Origin: Vulcanimicrobiota bacterium
Lineage (GTDB): Bacteria > Vulcanimicrobiota > Vulcanimicrobiia > Vulcanimicrobiales > Vulcanimicrobiaceae
Length of the DNA: 64,000 nucleotides
Assembly (NCBI GenBank): GCA_963723635.1
Contig: CAVRRP010000017.1
Location: 11,356 to 75,355 of the forward strand
Reading direction: 5' to 3'
The position numbers were made by a program, and so were the translations under genes. This document shows, one piece after another, positions 9,601 to 17,837 of this stretch. The notes under the pieces were generated by a model, which was given only the letters and a program-made list of their open reading frames with translations, was not told the origin of the DNA and searched no databases. Each line of letters opens with the position of its first letter. Position 1 is the first letter of the stretch.

Positions 9601-12340
9601 GAGCCTGCTCACCGTCAAGCTCGACAAGACGTCATACAAACCGGGCGACACCGCGACCGCGCTGGTGCAGTCGCCGTTCCCGAACGCCGAACTGCACGTC
9701 GCAGTCGTGCGGCACCGCGTCCTGTGGGAGACGACGCAGCAGACGACCAGCGCCGCGCCGACCGTGCGCTTCACCGTGACGCCGGACATGCTGCCCAACG
9801 CGGCGGTCGAGGCGTTCGTCGTGCGCCGCGGCCCGCCGCCCGCCGCCACGGCGAGCAACGGCGCGAACCCCCTCGCGCGCGTGGGCTTCGCATCGTTCGA
9901 CGTCGCGCTCGACGGCAAGTACCTCACCGCGAAGCTGTCGGCGAAAGCGCCGGTGCTCGCGCCCGGCGCGCAGCAGACGGTGACCGTGCACCTCGCCGAC
10001 AAAGCGCAGCAGCCGGTGCGCGGCGAGCTCACGCTGATGGTCGTCAACGACGCGGTGTTGCAGCTCACCGGCTATCGCCCGCCGGATCTCGTGAAGGAAG
10101 TCTACGCGCAGCAGCCGATCTCCACGCGCTACGCCGACAACCGCACGGCGCTCGTGCTCAACACGGTTCCGCGCCCGCTGGAGAAAGGCTGGGGCTTCGG
10201 CGGCGGCCTGTCCGGCGAGAACGCCGACCCGCGCGTGCGCCGCAAGTTCCAAGCGCTGGCATATTTCGCGGGCGCGCTGCGCACCGACGCGAACGGGAAT
10301 GCGACGGCAACGTTCACGCTGCCCGACGATCTGACGACGTGGCGGGTGATGGTGGTGGGCGCGAGCGCAGACGGCCGCTTCGGCAACGGCGAGACGACGT
10401 TCCGCACGACGAAGCCGCTGGTCGCGAACCCGGTCGTGCCGCAGTTCGCCCGGCCGGGCGACCGTTTCGACGCGGGCATCGCAGTGACCAACGGCACGGG
10501 CGCGACCGGAAACCTGCACGTCGACGGCGCGCTGACCGGCCCGCTCGCATTTTTGGTGAACGACAAACCGTCGCCGACGATATCGCTCGACGCGCCGCTC
10601 GACCACATCACGAAGGCGTATCGGTTCCCGGTCGTCGCGAGCGGTACGGGTACGGCGACTGCGACGTTCAAAGTGCACGGCGCGAGCGCGAGCGACGCGT
10701 TCGCGATCCCCGTGCCGGTGCGCGATCTCGACGTAGCAGAGAGCGTGGTGCAGACGGGCACGACGGACGCGCGTGCATCGGTCGCGGTGAACGTCGCGCC
10801 CGACACGCCGCGCGACGCCGGCGGCCTGGACCTGTCGCTCGCGTCGTCGCTGATCCCGGAAGTCACCGTCGCCGCGAAGGACGCGCTGCGCAGCGACGAG
10901 CGCCTAGCGATTACCGCGGCGGCGCGCCTCGCGATCGCGAGCGACCTGGTGATTTTGGCGAAGCGCAACGGCACGGACGAAAAATTCGCGCGCGATCGCG
11001 CCGCGCTGGAGCTGACGACGCTGCACGATCTGCAGCGCGCCGACGGCGGCTTCGCGCCGTATTGGCGCGACGACCACTCGGATGCGTGGGACTCGCTGTG
11101 GGCGGTCGCCGCACTGGGCCGCGCGCGCCAAGCCGCGATCCCGGTCGACACCACGATGTTCGACGGCGCGCACAGCTACGCCGCGGCGGTCCTCGCGGAT
11201 CCGACCAAGCACGCGAAGTGGTGCAAGCAGGAACCGTGCAAGTCCGAGCTGCGCCTGCACGCCCTCGATGCGCTCGCGGGCGTCGGCGACCGACGCACGA
11301 CGTTCCTAAGCGACGTCGACGCGCAGCGCAGCCGGTTCGCGTTCGCCGATCAGGCGCGGCTCGCGCGCCTGCTGACGCTCGCGCCGGGCTACGGCGACCG
11401 CGCGGCGTCGCTGTCGAAAACGATCCAGGACCACCTCTACGAGACGGGCCGCGGCGCGGTGGTGAACCTACCCGGCCGCTACACCTGGTTCGACGAACCG
11501 GTCGTGGCGCAAGCGGAAGCGCTGCGCCTGGAGCTGGTGCGCAACGCGGACGGCGAAACGATCGACCGCCTCACCCGCTCGCTGCTGGACATGCGCCGCA
11601 ACGGCACGTTCGGCTGCGCCTGCGAGAACGCGGCAGCGCTGAACGCGCTGGTCGACCTGGCAGCCCGCGAAAAGCCAGCAAACTTCACCACCACCGCATC
11701 GCTGGACAGCAAGACGATCGCGACGGAACGCTTCACGGGCGCGCACGCCCCCCAGCGCACGGCGAACGTCGCAATGCGCGCGCTCCCGACGGGCCGAAGC
11801 GATGTCGGCCTGACGAAGAACGGCACGGGCACGCTGCACTACGCCGTCACGTACACCTACCGTCTCGCGGGCGCGGCCCCAGGTCGCCTCAACGGCCTCC
11901 GCGTGACGCGCGTGGTCCGCGAAGCAAACACGACGCCGGTCCTCGCAACGCTCGGCCTAAGTATGCCGACATCGTCACTCACGCTAGCCCCCGCGCGCGT
12001 CTTCGACGTGGAGCTGCAGATCATCAGCGACCACCCGGTGGAGCGCGTCCTGATCACCGACCCGCTCCCGGCGGGCCTGGAAGCCGTGGACACGTCGTTC
12101 GCAACGTCGTCGAAAGCACTGAAGCTCCCGGAATCATCATGGGCGATCGGCGACCAGCGCATCCGCGCCGACCGCATCGAAGCCTACGCCGATCACCTGG
12201 ACGCAGGCATTTACCGCCTGCACTACCTCGCGCGAACGGTAACCCCAGGCACGTTCACGTGGCCAGGCGCAAGCGCCCACCTCGTCGACCGCCCCGACGA
12301 ATTCGGCCGCAGCGCCTCATCGGTCGTCGAAATCAAATAG
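6677..12340 (+). CDS. Bacterial alpha-2-macroglobulin family lipoprotein
   Basis: 1887 aa, lipobox FATGC, Big_5 N-terminus, FSDRELYQPGE, FRVAEFKPPNF, LPDDLTTWRV, LQRADGGF, DPLPAGLE motifs; next to pbpC. Confidence 0.93.
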   Translation: MIRLARRASAFAALAVALFATGCTSHAPATTKAEPLPTVSPLPSPAAHAPIASIAPQGDADVLAQIRVRFSDDLIPLQRLESPDETAILAHFAVEPALPGRFRFLTPRMIGFEADRAWPAATRVRVTIAKGLQDLHGHALADDVAWTFQTPGIALDGLPARDDAAPTTLRPTIEFASNVALDRASLEAHARIRAHGDTGDGIALTVPPDTASPSPSPAATDPGEAFDPSQHDHRYALVPATELAKGKQYDVLIEPGVLPRDGNLPSDREFTGKLRTHDDLRFVGPGHNPAGRFAAGDPKLAFTTPIDAKSLSALALSPAPPKGSTVFAVFDTDVGINASLLAPNTSYDVTIGPALQDTFGQKLGKEQHATFRTGDLTPDVWAPGGTNLFPSSRDVRLNVVAVNAPPDVQATFRALRPVDIVQYPDPDAYGKGDVLGDATGWPRFDAQGPHNVERTIEIPLRAKLGAPAGVLAYGVRAKLPRQEEPFLASGAVQLTNLGVFAQWFPDGGNVRVHHIADGTPAGGARVDVYPSQADAESKTAPVVCASATTNAAGVAQFAGGAFARCAAGDKGENSAPSFVTVVRLGADWTYVRTNDSSGAYAGDFYNGWSSSTPIVRGDIFSDRELYQPGETAQMTAAGWFLVDGVLRRGKAPSYAITLELPNGDKRDLGRRALDEFGTFTLPVSIAKDAALGNYVVRADAGNGESITGTFRVAEFKPPNFKVDLALDHTVVQRGATVAGTAANAYLFGAPLAGASTKFTVTRSTTSFTPKGRDAYTFGRQWFWPEQQPDASTDVLESTVTDDANGKASVSVPVASDLPYAMTYEVDSETTDASNIAVADSKSFTALPYDTLIGVKTDDVGTAGTPLAIAVLATDPAGAARSGTNVHVELQRATYASATQIVEGAEEPVQSVSYATVASGDVTSAAAPATVKLTPDKPGTYRVRAAVAGASDAATETDAEVFVGGSGETAWYARDPSLLTVKLDKTSYKPGDTATALVQSPFPNAELHVAVVRHRVLWETTQQTTSAAPTVRFTVTPDMLPNAAVEAFVVRRGPPPAATASNGANPLARVGFASFDVALDGKYLTAKLSAKAPVLAPGAQQTVTVHLADKAQQPVRGELTLMVVNDAVLQLTGYRPPDLVKEVYAQQPISTRYADNRTALVLNTVPRPLEKGWGFGGGLSGENADPRVRRKFQALAYFAGALRTDANGNATATFTLPDDLTTWRVMVVGASADGRFGNGETTFRTTKPLVANPVVPQFARPGDRFDAGIAVTNGTGATGNLHVDGALTGPLAFLVNDKPSPTISLDAPLDHITKAYRFPVVASGTGTATATFKVHGASASDAFAIPVPVRDLDVAESVVQTGTTDARASVAVNVAPDTPRDAGGLDLSLASSLIPEVTVAAKDALRSDERLAITAAARLAIASDLVILAKRNGTDEKFARDRAALELTTLHDLQRADGGFAPYWRDDHSDAWDSLWAVAALGRARQAAIPVDTTMFDGAHSYAAAVLADPTKHAKWCKQEPCKSELRLHALDALAGVGDRRTTFLSDVDAQRSRFAFADQARLARLLTLAPGYGDRAASLSKTIQDHLYETGRGAVVNLPGRYTWFDEPVVAQAEALRLELVRNADGETIDRLTRSLLDMRRNGTFGCACENAAALNALVDLAAREKPANFTTTASLDSKTIATERFTGAHAPQRTANVAMRALPTGRSDVGLTKNGTGTLHYAVTYTYRLAGAAPGRLNGLRVTRVVREANTTPVLATLGLSMPTSSLTLAPARVFDVELQIISDHPVERVLITDPLPAGLEAVDTSFATSSKALKLPESSWAIGDQRIRADRIEAYADHLDAGIYRLHYLARTVTPGTFTWPGASAHLVDRPDEFGRSASSVVEIK

Positions 12341-12360
12341 CGGCGCACGACAAAAGGAAA

Positions 12361-12380
12361 GCGCCGGGCAAGCCCGGCGC
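12361..12380. terminator. Stem-loop after A2M (probable intrinsic terminator)
   Basis: GCGCCGGGC-AA-GCCCGGCGC inverted repeat preceded by an A-rich tract. Confidence 0.6.
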
Positions 12381-12388
12381 AAATGTTC

Positions 12389-12414
12389 TGTCACCCTGAG
12401 CTTGTCGAAGGGTG
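12389..12414 (+). repeat. REP-like palindromic repeat copy
   Basis: TGTCACCCTGAGCTTGTCGAAGGGTG, identical to copies at 40496, 40559 and 45510. Confidence 0.9.
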
Positions 12415-12458
12415 CGCCACAATCGAACTCGCACAGCCGTTGCACATCGCTTACAGCA

Positions 12459-12487
12459 TTGCACGCAATATTCGGCAATGCTATAAT
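12459..12487 (+). promoter_or_regulatory. Sigma70-type promoter
   Basis: TTGCAC-N17-TATAAT with extended -10 TGn. Confidence 0.6.
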
Positions 12488-12716
12488 CTTGCTACGCGCT
12501 GAGACGCCATAGCCGTCCGGATCGTTTGCGTGCTCTGGTCCACCGCGCTGTTTCTTCGACGCGGTTCTATTTCGAATGTCCGCGTCTTGGCTGCTGCGGC
12601 CTACTTCGTCCTAGATTTCGATGGGCGTAGTTGAGTGCGCCCCAACCGACTCCCGGTAATCCGGGAGCAATGGTGGGCTAGTTAAATCGACAAGGCAGAG
12701 TGCAACGAAGTGTTTC

Positions 12717-13145
12717 ATGACAATCCGACTGGGGTTCGCGGCGGCGGACGGACGACGTGGATCGCAAAGTGACTATCGCGACCGCCACGGAGCCGAGCCG
12801 GTGAGGAACTTCATCGACGCCCTCCCATCCGAACATCAAGAAATCATCGACCGCAAGATCGATCGGCTCAACGTCTTTGGGCCGATGATACCCGCGCCTC
12901 ATAGCAAAAAGGTTCGCGGGAAGCTGCGGCGGCTGAAGTGTGACTTCGATGGGCTGAGTTATCGAATTCTCTATCGCGAAGCAAGCTCGGGATTTATCGT
13001 TCTGCTACACATATTCGTGAAGAAAACGCCGACGATCCCAGTTGCGGTTATCGAACTGGCAGAATCGCGATGGAGAGACTTTGAGCATCGGATGAATGCG
13101 CTGCAGAACACTCCGCCGCGTGCGGTGGGGCGAGACGCACCCTGA
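12717..13145 (+). CDS. Type II TA toxin, RelE/HigB (Gp49-like) family
   Basis: YRD..G.EPV..FI...P..KK..GKL...YRILY...VLLHIFVKKT pattern; true start uncertain (possible 1-nt indel near 12771). Confidence 0.8.
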   Translation: MTIRLGFAAADGRRGSQSDYRDRHGAEPVRNFIDALPSEHQEIIDRKIDRLNVFGPMIPAPHSKKVRGKLRRLKCDFDGLSYRILYREASSGFIVLLHIFVKKTPTIPVAVIELAESRWRDFEHRMNALQNTPPRAVGRDAP

Positions 13146-13147
13146 CA

Positions 13148-13495
13148 CTAGCCCCGAACCATTTCGGGAGACTTGGCCGGTGTGGGCGAGCGATCGGCAA
13201 AGTCAAGTACGACGTCGACGTTGCAGCCTTCAGCGACACGCGCCAGCGTCTCAAAATTTGGAACGTGCTCGCCGCTCTCGAGCCGGCTCAACGCCGACTC
13301 TTTCATCCCCAGAGCCGCGGCCAATTGCGCCTGCGTCAGTCCGTGTCGCTGGCGATAACCAATCAGAAGCCGGGCAACTTTCTCGGCCACCGCAAACCTC
13401 AGGCGGGCAGCACGATAACGCGGATGCGCAGCGCGCGCTGCAGTTGCGCCAGCGTGGTCGGATCCGAGAGGAGATCCCATCGCTTCAGCTTCCAT
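13148..13495 (-). CDS. XRE-family HTH protein, HigA-like antitoxin
   Basis: RQRHGLTQAQLAAALGMKESALSRLESGEHVPNFETLARVA; TAATAT-N7-ATG start. Confidence 0.8.
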   Translation of the reverse strand: MEAEAMGSPLGSDHAGATAARAAHPRYRAARLRFAVAEKVARLLIGYRQRHGLTQAQLAAALGMKESALSRLESGEHVPNFETLARVAEGCNVDVVLDFADRSPTPAKSPEMVRG

Positions 13496-13626
13496 CCGAC
13501 CCATATTAACAAAAGTGTGAAGACCCGTCAAGCCTCTTCTGTAGAACCCTCGCGTCGCGCTGCGGGCACTTCGGCATAAACGATGTTCGGCATTTCACCT
13601 CACCGGCTTTGGGGATGTGGCCGAAG

Positions 13627-13882
13627 ACCGCGCTGAGCGACGCACTCAGTGCGGCTGCGGGGTCTACGCTCGGTCGTACGCTTCTTGCAGCGTCTTGATG
13701 TCGAGCTTGGTCATCTGCAGCATCGCCTTCATGGCTGCTTCCGCTTTGGCATCGTCGTCGGATCGCAGCAGCTCGGGCAGCACCGACGGAACGACCTGCC
13801 AGGTAACGCCGAGCTTGTCGTCCAGCCAGCCGCACTGGCTCGTTCGACCGCCTTCGGATAGATGGTTCCAGAAGTGGTCCAC
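13627..13882 (-). pseudogene. Duplicated 3' end of the VOC/PhnB-like gene at 15694-16179, plus downstream hairpin
   Basis: 72 codons with only 4 amino-acid differences from the last 72 codons of the intact gene; no 5' part. Confidence 0.9.
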
Positions 13883-14040
13883 ACGCGCACGTAACCCTGG
13901 GGACGTTCACCTGGCCAGGCGCAAACGCGCACCTCGTCGACCGCCCCGACGAATCCGGCCGCAGGGAATCGTCGGTCGTCGAAATCAAGTAGCTCGATCG
14001 GCAAAAAGGAAAGCGCCGGGCAAGCCGGCGCAAAGTGTTC
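13883..14040 (+). pseudogene. Duplicated 3' end of the alpha-2-macroglobulin gene with its terminator
   Basis: Encodes VTLGTFTWPGANAHLVDRPDESGRRESSVVEIK* versus VTPGTFTWPGASAHLVDRPDEFGRSASSVVEIK*; hairpin copy at 14013-14031. Confidence 0.9.
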
Positions 14041-14092
14041 AAAATCTGTGGCACGGTGAGCGCCGTAATGTCACCCATGAGCCCACCCGGTT

Positions 14093-14113
14093 TGTCACCC
14101 TGAGCTTGTCGAA
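14093..14113 (+). repeat. Truncated REP-like repeat copy
   Basis: TGTCACCCTGAGCTTGTCGAA, right arm missing. Confidence 0.85.
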
Positions 14114-14293
14114 TGTCGACGCTGCGCAGAGCGCGATCGTATTTCGCCGACTTTGATCCACGGCTCCGCGATGGCGACCACGACGTAGTCGTGCGGGCGA
14201 TCTCCGCCGCAATCGGCCTGGGAATAGGCAGGAACGGCAGAAATCCCGGACGACCGGGTCTGCCTCCCGGAACATCTATCAGGCTGAAGCCTG

Positions 14294-14707
14294 CTATGAG
14301 CCGTCCGATGCAATGCACGGAATGTAGCGTGCGTTTGCGCGCAATAGCGCTTGATCAAGATCCATTATTCGGACCATGTATGTACCTATTGCCTTAATAT
14401 TGTCCCTTGGAACAGGAGCGTCATGGAGCAGCGAGGAGACCTGAGAAATAGTAGCGGGTGGCAGCAGATCCCAGCTTCTTGATTGAAAGAACGTTGCGCC
14501 GTCGCGTAGCCGGTGTACGAATCCGATGGGCGCCCCCTCGGTAAGTCGATCCGACGACAACACAACGCCATACTCTACTATCCGTAATTGGTCGATGGGA
14601 AGCGATGCGTAATTTTCCACTGCCCCGATCGCATTCGGGTTATCAGGCGGACAACGGTATGATGCTTGCAAGGTTGTCGCGATAAACAGCGCTATGGCTC
14701 CGTTCAT
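14294..14707 (-). CDS. Hypothetical protein, possibly exported
   Basis: Longest ORF in a low-GC patch; hydrophobic N-terminus MNGAIALFIATTLQA. Confidence 0.45.
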   Translation of the reverse strand: MNGAIALFIATTLQASYRCPPDNPNAIGAVENYASLPIDQLRIVEYGVVLSSDRLTEGAPIGFVHRLRDGATFFQSRSWDLLPPATISQVSSLLHDAPVPRDNIKAIGTYMVRIMDLDQALLRANARYIPCIASDGS

Positions 14708-15127
14708 GCGGGATGCGTCGTTGTACCAGCGCATGCGGAAAGCATCAGCACGCATCGCGCAGACGCAGTCATTGTTCTAACCATAATTTCGTCCATTTAG
14801 CCAGACAACCGGTAGTGGCGCAGTTCTCTGTTGCGGGCGATGCCCGATGGCCGTCGCTTGTTCGCAATCCCCTAGGCACCGTACCGGTTGCTCAGTTCTG
14901 AGGAATAGCGACGAAAGATTTCATTCTGAGTTCGCCTCATCGCCCCTGTTCCCAAGGCTGCCTTACAATTGTTACCTCTTAGTAATCGCCAAGACGCTCG
15001 GCTCTGACAGCCGTCTTACGCTCCGTACTTCGAGTTGTTCGTAATGCACGGACCCGCTCTGCGGAGAGGTAGTTCGCGCCGACCCTATTGGCACCCGCAC
15101 CGCCTTGCACATCAGTTAGCTGGGCGG

Positions 15128-15574
15128 TCACTGCTCCTCGCGCGATAGTGCGCGATACGCCAGACCGGTCGCCAGCCCGCCCAACGTATAGAGCGCAGCG
15201 GTCAGCACTTTCGTGCGCGTGGTCCGATTCGTGGTGACCGGCGAAAATCCGAGCGGCCCGGGCAGCACGACCGCTCCGATGCCGGCTGCCGCGCCGAGGC
15301 CAACGCCGAGCGGCACGGCACTCGCTCGCGGCGCGAGTGCGATGGCAGCGTAGTACAAACTGTTCGAAACGAGATCGGCCGCCATCGTCGTAGCGAACAG
15401 CGGCTCTCCCCGCAGCTCAGCACCGGCCCACCGGGCACCGCGCGCAATCCCCTGCATACCCAGCAGATCGACGCGCGGGGCGTCCTTCACGAGATGCCGG
15501 GTGACTTCATGGAGTATCGTCGTCGTCGCCGCGCCGATCGCGCCTGCGCTTGCCGCTCGAGCTATGCCGTTCAT
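15128..15574 (-). CDS. Hypothetical membrane protein
   Basis: GAIGAATTTILHE...APRVDLLGMQ...ADLVSNSLYY; 3-4 hydrophobic segments. Confidence 0.7.
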   Translation of the reverse strand: MNGIARAASAGAIGAATTTILHEVTRHLVKDAPRVDLLGMQGIARGARWAGAELRGEPLFATTMAADLVSNSLYYAAIALAPRASAVPLGVGLGAAAGIGAVVLPGPLGFSPVTTNRTTRTKVLTAALYTLGGLATGLAYRALSREEQ

Positions 15575-15693
15575 TTCACGCGGGATACCCGTCCGACACA
15601 CCGCAGCCGCAGGCGAGCGCCTGCGGCCGCGTTTCGTACGCGCGTGCTGCCAAACCGCGCCGAGCAGCGACGTGCTCAGCGCGGCTTCGTGGC

Positions 15694-16179
15694 CTACGCC
15701 CGGTCGTACGCTTCTTGCAGCGTCTTGATGTCGAGCTTCGTCATCTGCAGCATCGCCTTCATGGCTGCTTCCGCCTTGGCATCGTCGTCGGATCCCAGCA
15801 GCTCGGGCAGCACCGACGGCACGACCTGCCAGGTAACGCCGAACTTGTCGTCCAGCCAGCCGCACTGGCTCGTTTTACCGCCTTCGGAGAGCCGGTTCCA
15901 GAAGTGGTCCACTTCTTGCTGGTTCTTGCAGTCGATCGAGAACGAGACCGCCGGCGAGAATTTGTACTCGGGTCCGCCGTTGAGCGCGATGAATTCCTGT
16001 CCTTCGAGCTCGAACGAGACCGTCATCACGCTGCCCGTCTCGCCCGGCGCTTCCTCGCCGTAGCGGCTGACGTTGTGGATCTTCGCGTTCTCGAAGATCG
16101 AGACGTAGAAGTTCGCCGCCTCTTCGGCTTGGCCGTCGAACCACAGGAACGGCGTGATCTTTTTCGTCGAGTTCGTCAT
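15694..16179 (-). CDS. VOC family protein (PhnB / 3-dmu-9_3-mt-like)
   Basis: KITPFLWFDGQAEEAANFY...QCGWLDDKFGVTWQV. Confidence 0.92.
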   Translation of the reverse strand: MTNSTKKITPFLWFDGQAEEAANFYVSIFENAKIHNVSRYGEEAPGETGSVMTVSFELEGQEFIALNGGPEYKFSPAVSFSIDCKNQQEVDHFWNRLSEGGKTSQCGWLDDKFGVTWQVVPSVLPELLGSDDDAKAEAAMKAMLQMTKLDIKTLQEAYDRA

Positions 16180-16180
16180 G

Positions 16181-16591
16181 TTATGGTAGCGTCAGCATCC
16201 ACTCGGTGCCGAACTTGTCGGTGAGCATGCCGAACCGGCCGCCCCAGAACGCCGCTTCGATCGGCCGCTCGACTTTGCCGCCGGCGGCGAGCCCGTTGAA
16301 GATGCGCTCACCGCGTTCGGCGTCGTCCAACGACAGCGCGACCGAGATGTTGCCGGTCTCCGGGTCCACCGGCTTGACGTCGCCGCCGTCGGATGCGAGG
16401 AACGCGATCCCGTCGGCGGTGAACGACGCGTGCATCACGCGGTTGCCGGAGTCGGGCGGCATGTGCTCGGCGACCGGCGTGTCGCCGACGCGCATCAGCT
16501 CGTAGCTTCCGCCGAAGACGCTCTTGTAGAACTCGAGCGCTTCTTCGCAGCGACCGTAGAAGAAAATGTAGGGTTGGAGTTGCGTGGCCAT
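16181..16591 (-). CDS. VOC family protein (PhnB-like)
   Basis: QPYIFFYGRCEEALEFY...FWGGRFGMLTDKFGTEW. Confidence 0.92.
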   Translation of the reverse strand: MATQLQPYIFFYGRCEEALEFYKSVFGGSYELMRVGDTPVAEHMPPDSGNRVMHASFTADGIAFLASDGGDVKPVDPETGNISVALSLDDAERGERIFNGLAAGGKVERPIEAAFWGGRFGMLTDKFGTEWMLTLP

Positions 16592-16607
16592 CGGTAGTTC
16601 TCCAGAA

Positions 16608-17030
16608 TCAAGCGCGAGCGGGAATGGTGTGAGAAGGATCGTCGTCCGGCACCGGCTGCTGCACGAAGAGCGGCGCGAAGCTCGAACGATAGCGCGTCGC
16701 GACGGTTGCCCACAGCGCCGCCACGACCGCGGCGACGGGAAGGCCCAGCGGCGCCATGGTGACGTGGAAGACGATGATGTTGGCGATCACCGCGGCGAGC
16801 ACCACCAGGGCCAGCGGCACATACCGGTTCGTCAGCAGCAGCAGGCCGGCGATGAGCTCGACGCCGTCGACGAAGAGCACCCAGTACGAGCGGAAGAAGA
16901 CGTCCTGGAACTGACCGGCCAGTCCGGGCGGCGCCGCCGGCGGGTGTGCGATCAGCAAAAACCCGCTGAGCCCGGCGGCGAAGAAGACGAGTCCGAGCAA
17001 GATCCGAGCGACCGTCACGGCGGTTTTCAT
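16608..17030 (-). CDS. DoxX family membrane protein
   Basis: ARILLGLVF...ELIAGLLLL..RYVPLALVVLA...NII.FH. Confidence 0.8.
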   Translation of the reverse strand: MKTAVTVARILLGLVFFAAGLSGFLLIAHPPAAPPGLAGQFQDVFFRSYWVLFVDGVELIAGLLLLTNRYVPLALVVLAAVIANIIVFHVTMAPLGLPVAAVVAALWATVATRYRSSFAPLFVQQPVPDDDPSHTIPARA

Positions 17031-17146
17031 CGGTGGACCTTTCGTCGTTTGGGGTGAGATGGAGAGGGGTGCCCGGATGATAGCAAAGTGTACTTGCGAA
17101 AAGCAAGTGATATGCAAAAGAAGGATTATATGTTACCATAGCAAGC

Positions 17147-17815
17147 ATGATGCCCCGGGGCTATGGCCAGTACTGTGGCTTCGCCCGCGCTGCCGAGGTC
17201 CTTGGAGAGCGGTGGGCCCTGCTCGTCGTGCGCGATCTGCTGGTCGGTCCCAAGCGCTTCACCGACCTGCTTCGCGGCCTCGCGGGAATCCCGAGCAACG
17301 TCTTGAGCGCTCGCCTCAAGGAGCTGGAGCACGCCGAGATCATCCGGAGACGGGTGCTCGCGCGACCGGGGCGCGGGGTCGTCTACGAGCTCACCGAGTA
17401 CGGGCTCGAGCTGGAACCCGTAGTGACGGCGATCGGGCGCTGGGGCGCGAAGGCGCTCGGCGACCCGCGTCCCGACGAAACGATCACCATCGATTCGATG
17501 ATCACCGCGCTGCGCACGACCTTCCACCCGGGCGCGGCCGCGGGAGTGCACGCGGGCTTCGAACTCCGCGTCGGCGAGATCGTGCTCCACGCCCGCGTCG
17601 ACGACGGACGCGTGGCGGTCGCGGCGGGCGCGCTGGACGGCGCCGATCTCGTGATCAACGCTGGTCCCGGTATTCGAGCGCTCATGGCCGGCGAGCTCAG
17701 CCCGGCCGGTGCGATCGAGAACGGCACCGTGCAGCTGACCGGAGACCCGGCGCTGCTGACGCGATTCGCCGAGATCTTCCGCATCGACCCGATGCCCGCG
17801 AGCCGGCCGGTCTAG
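17147..17815 (+). CDS. HxlR-family winged-helix regulator with C-terminal SCP2-like domain
   Basis: YGQYCGFARAAEVLGERWALLVVRDLLVGPKRF; divergent from the DoxX/VOC operon. Confidence 0.9.
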   Translation: MMPRGYGQYCGFARAAEVLGERWALLVVRDLLVGPKRFTDLLRGLAGIPSNVLSARLKELEHAEIIRRRVLARPGRGVVYELTEYGLELEPVVTAIGRWGAKALGDPRPDETITIDSMITALRTTFHPGAAAGVHAGFELRVGEIVLHARVDDGRVAVAAGALDGADLVINAGPGIRALMAGELSPAGAIENGTVQLTGDPALLTRFAEIFRIDPMPASRPV

Positions 17816-17837
17816 CGCGTCGCAGCGCTAGCCGCGG

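Noticed and set aside
7816-12399. 1527-aa ORF and other long Arg/Ala-rich alternative-frame or antisense ORFs throughout the window
   Set aside because: Shadow ORFs caused by high GC3 codon bias over well-supported genes; no recognisable motifs.
12400-15100. Prophage or IS as the cause of the duplicated gene ends
   Set aside because: No integrase, transposase, terminal inverted repeats or phage genes are visible.
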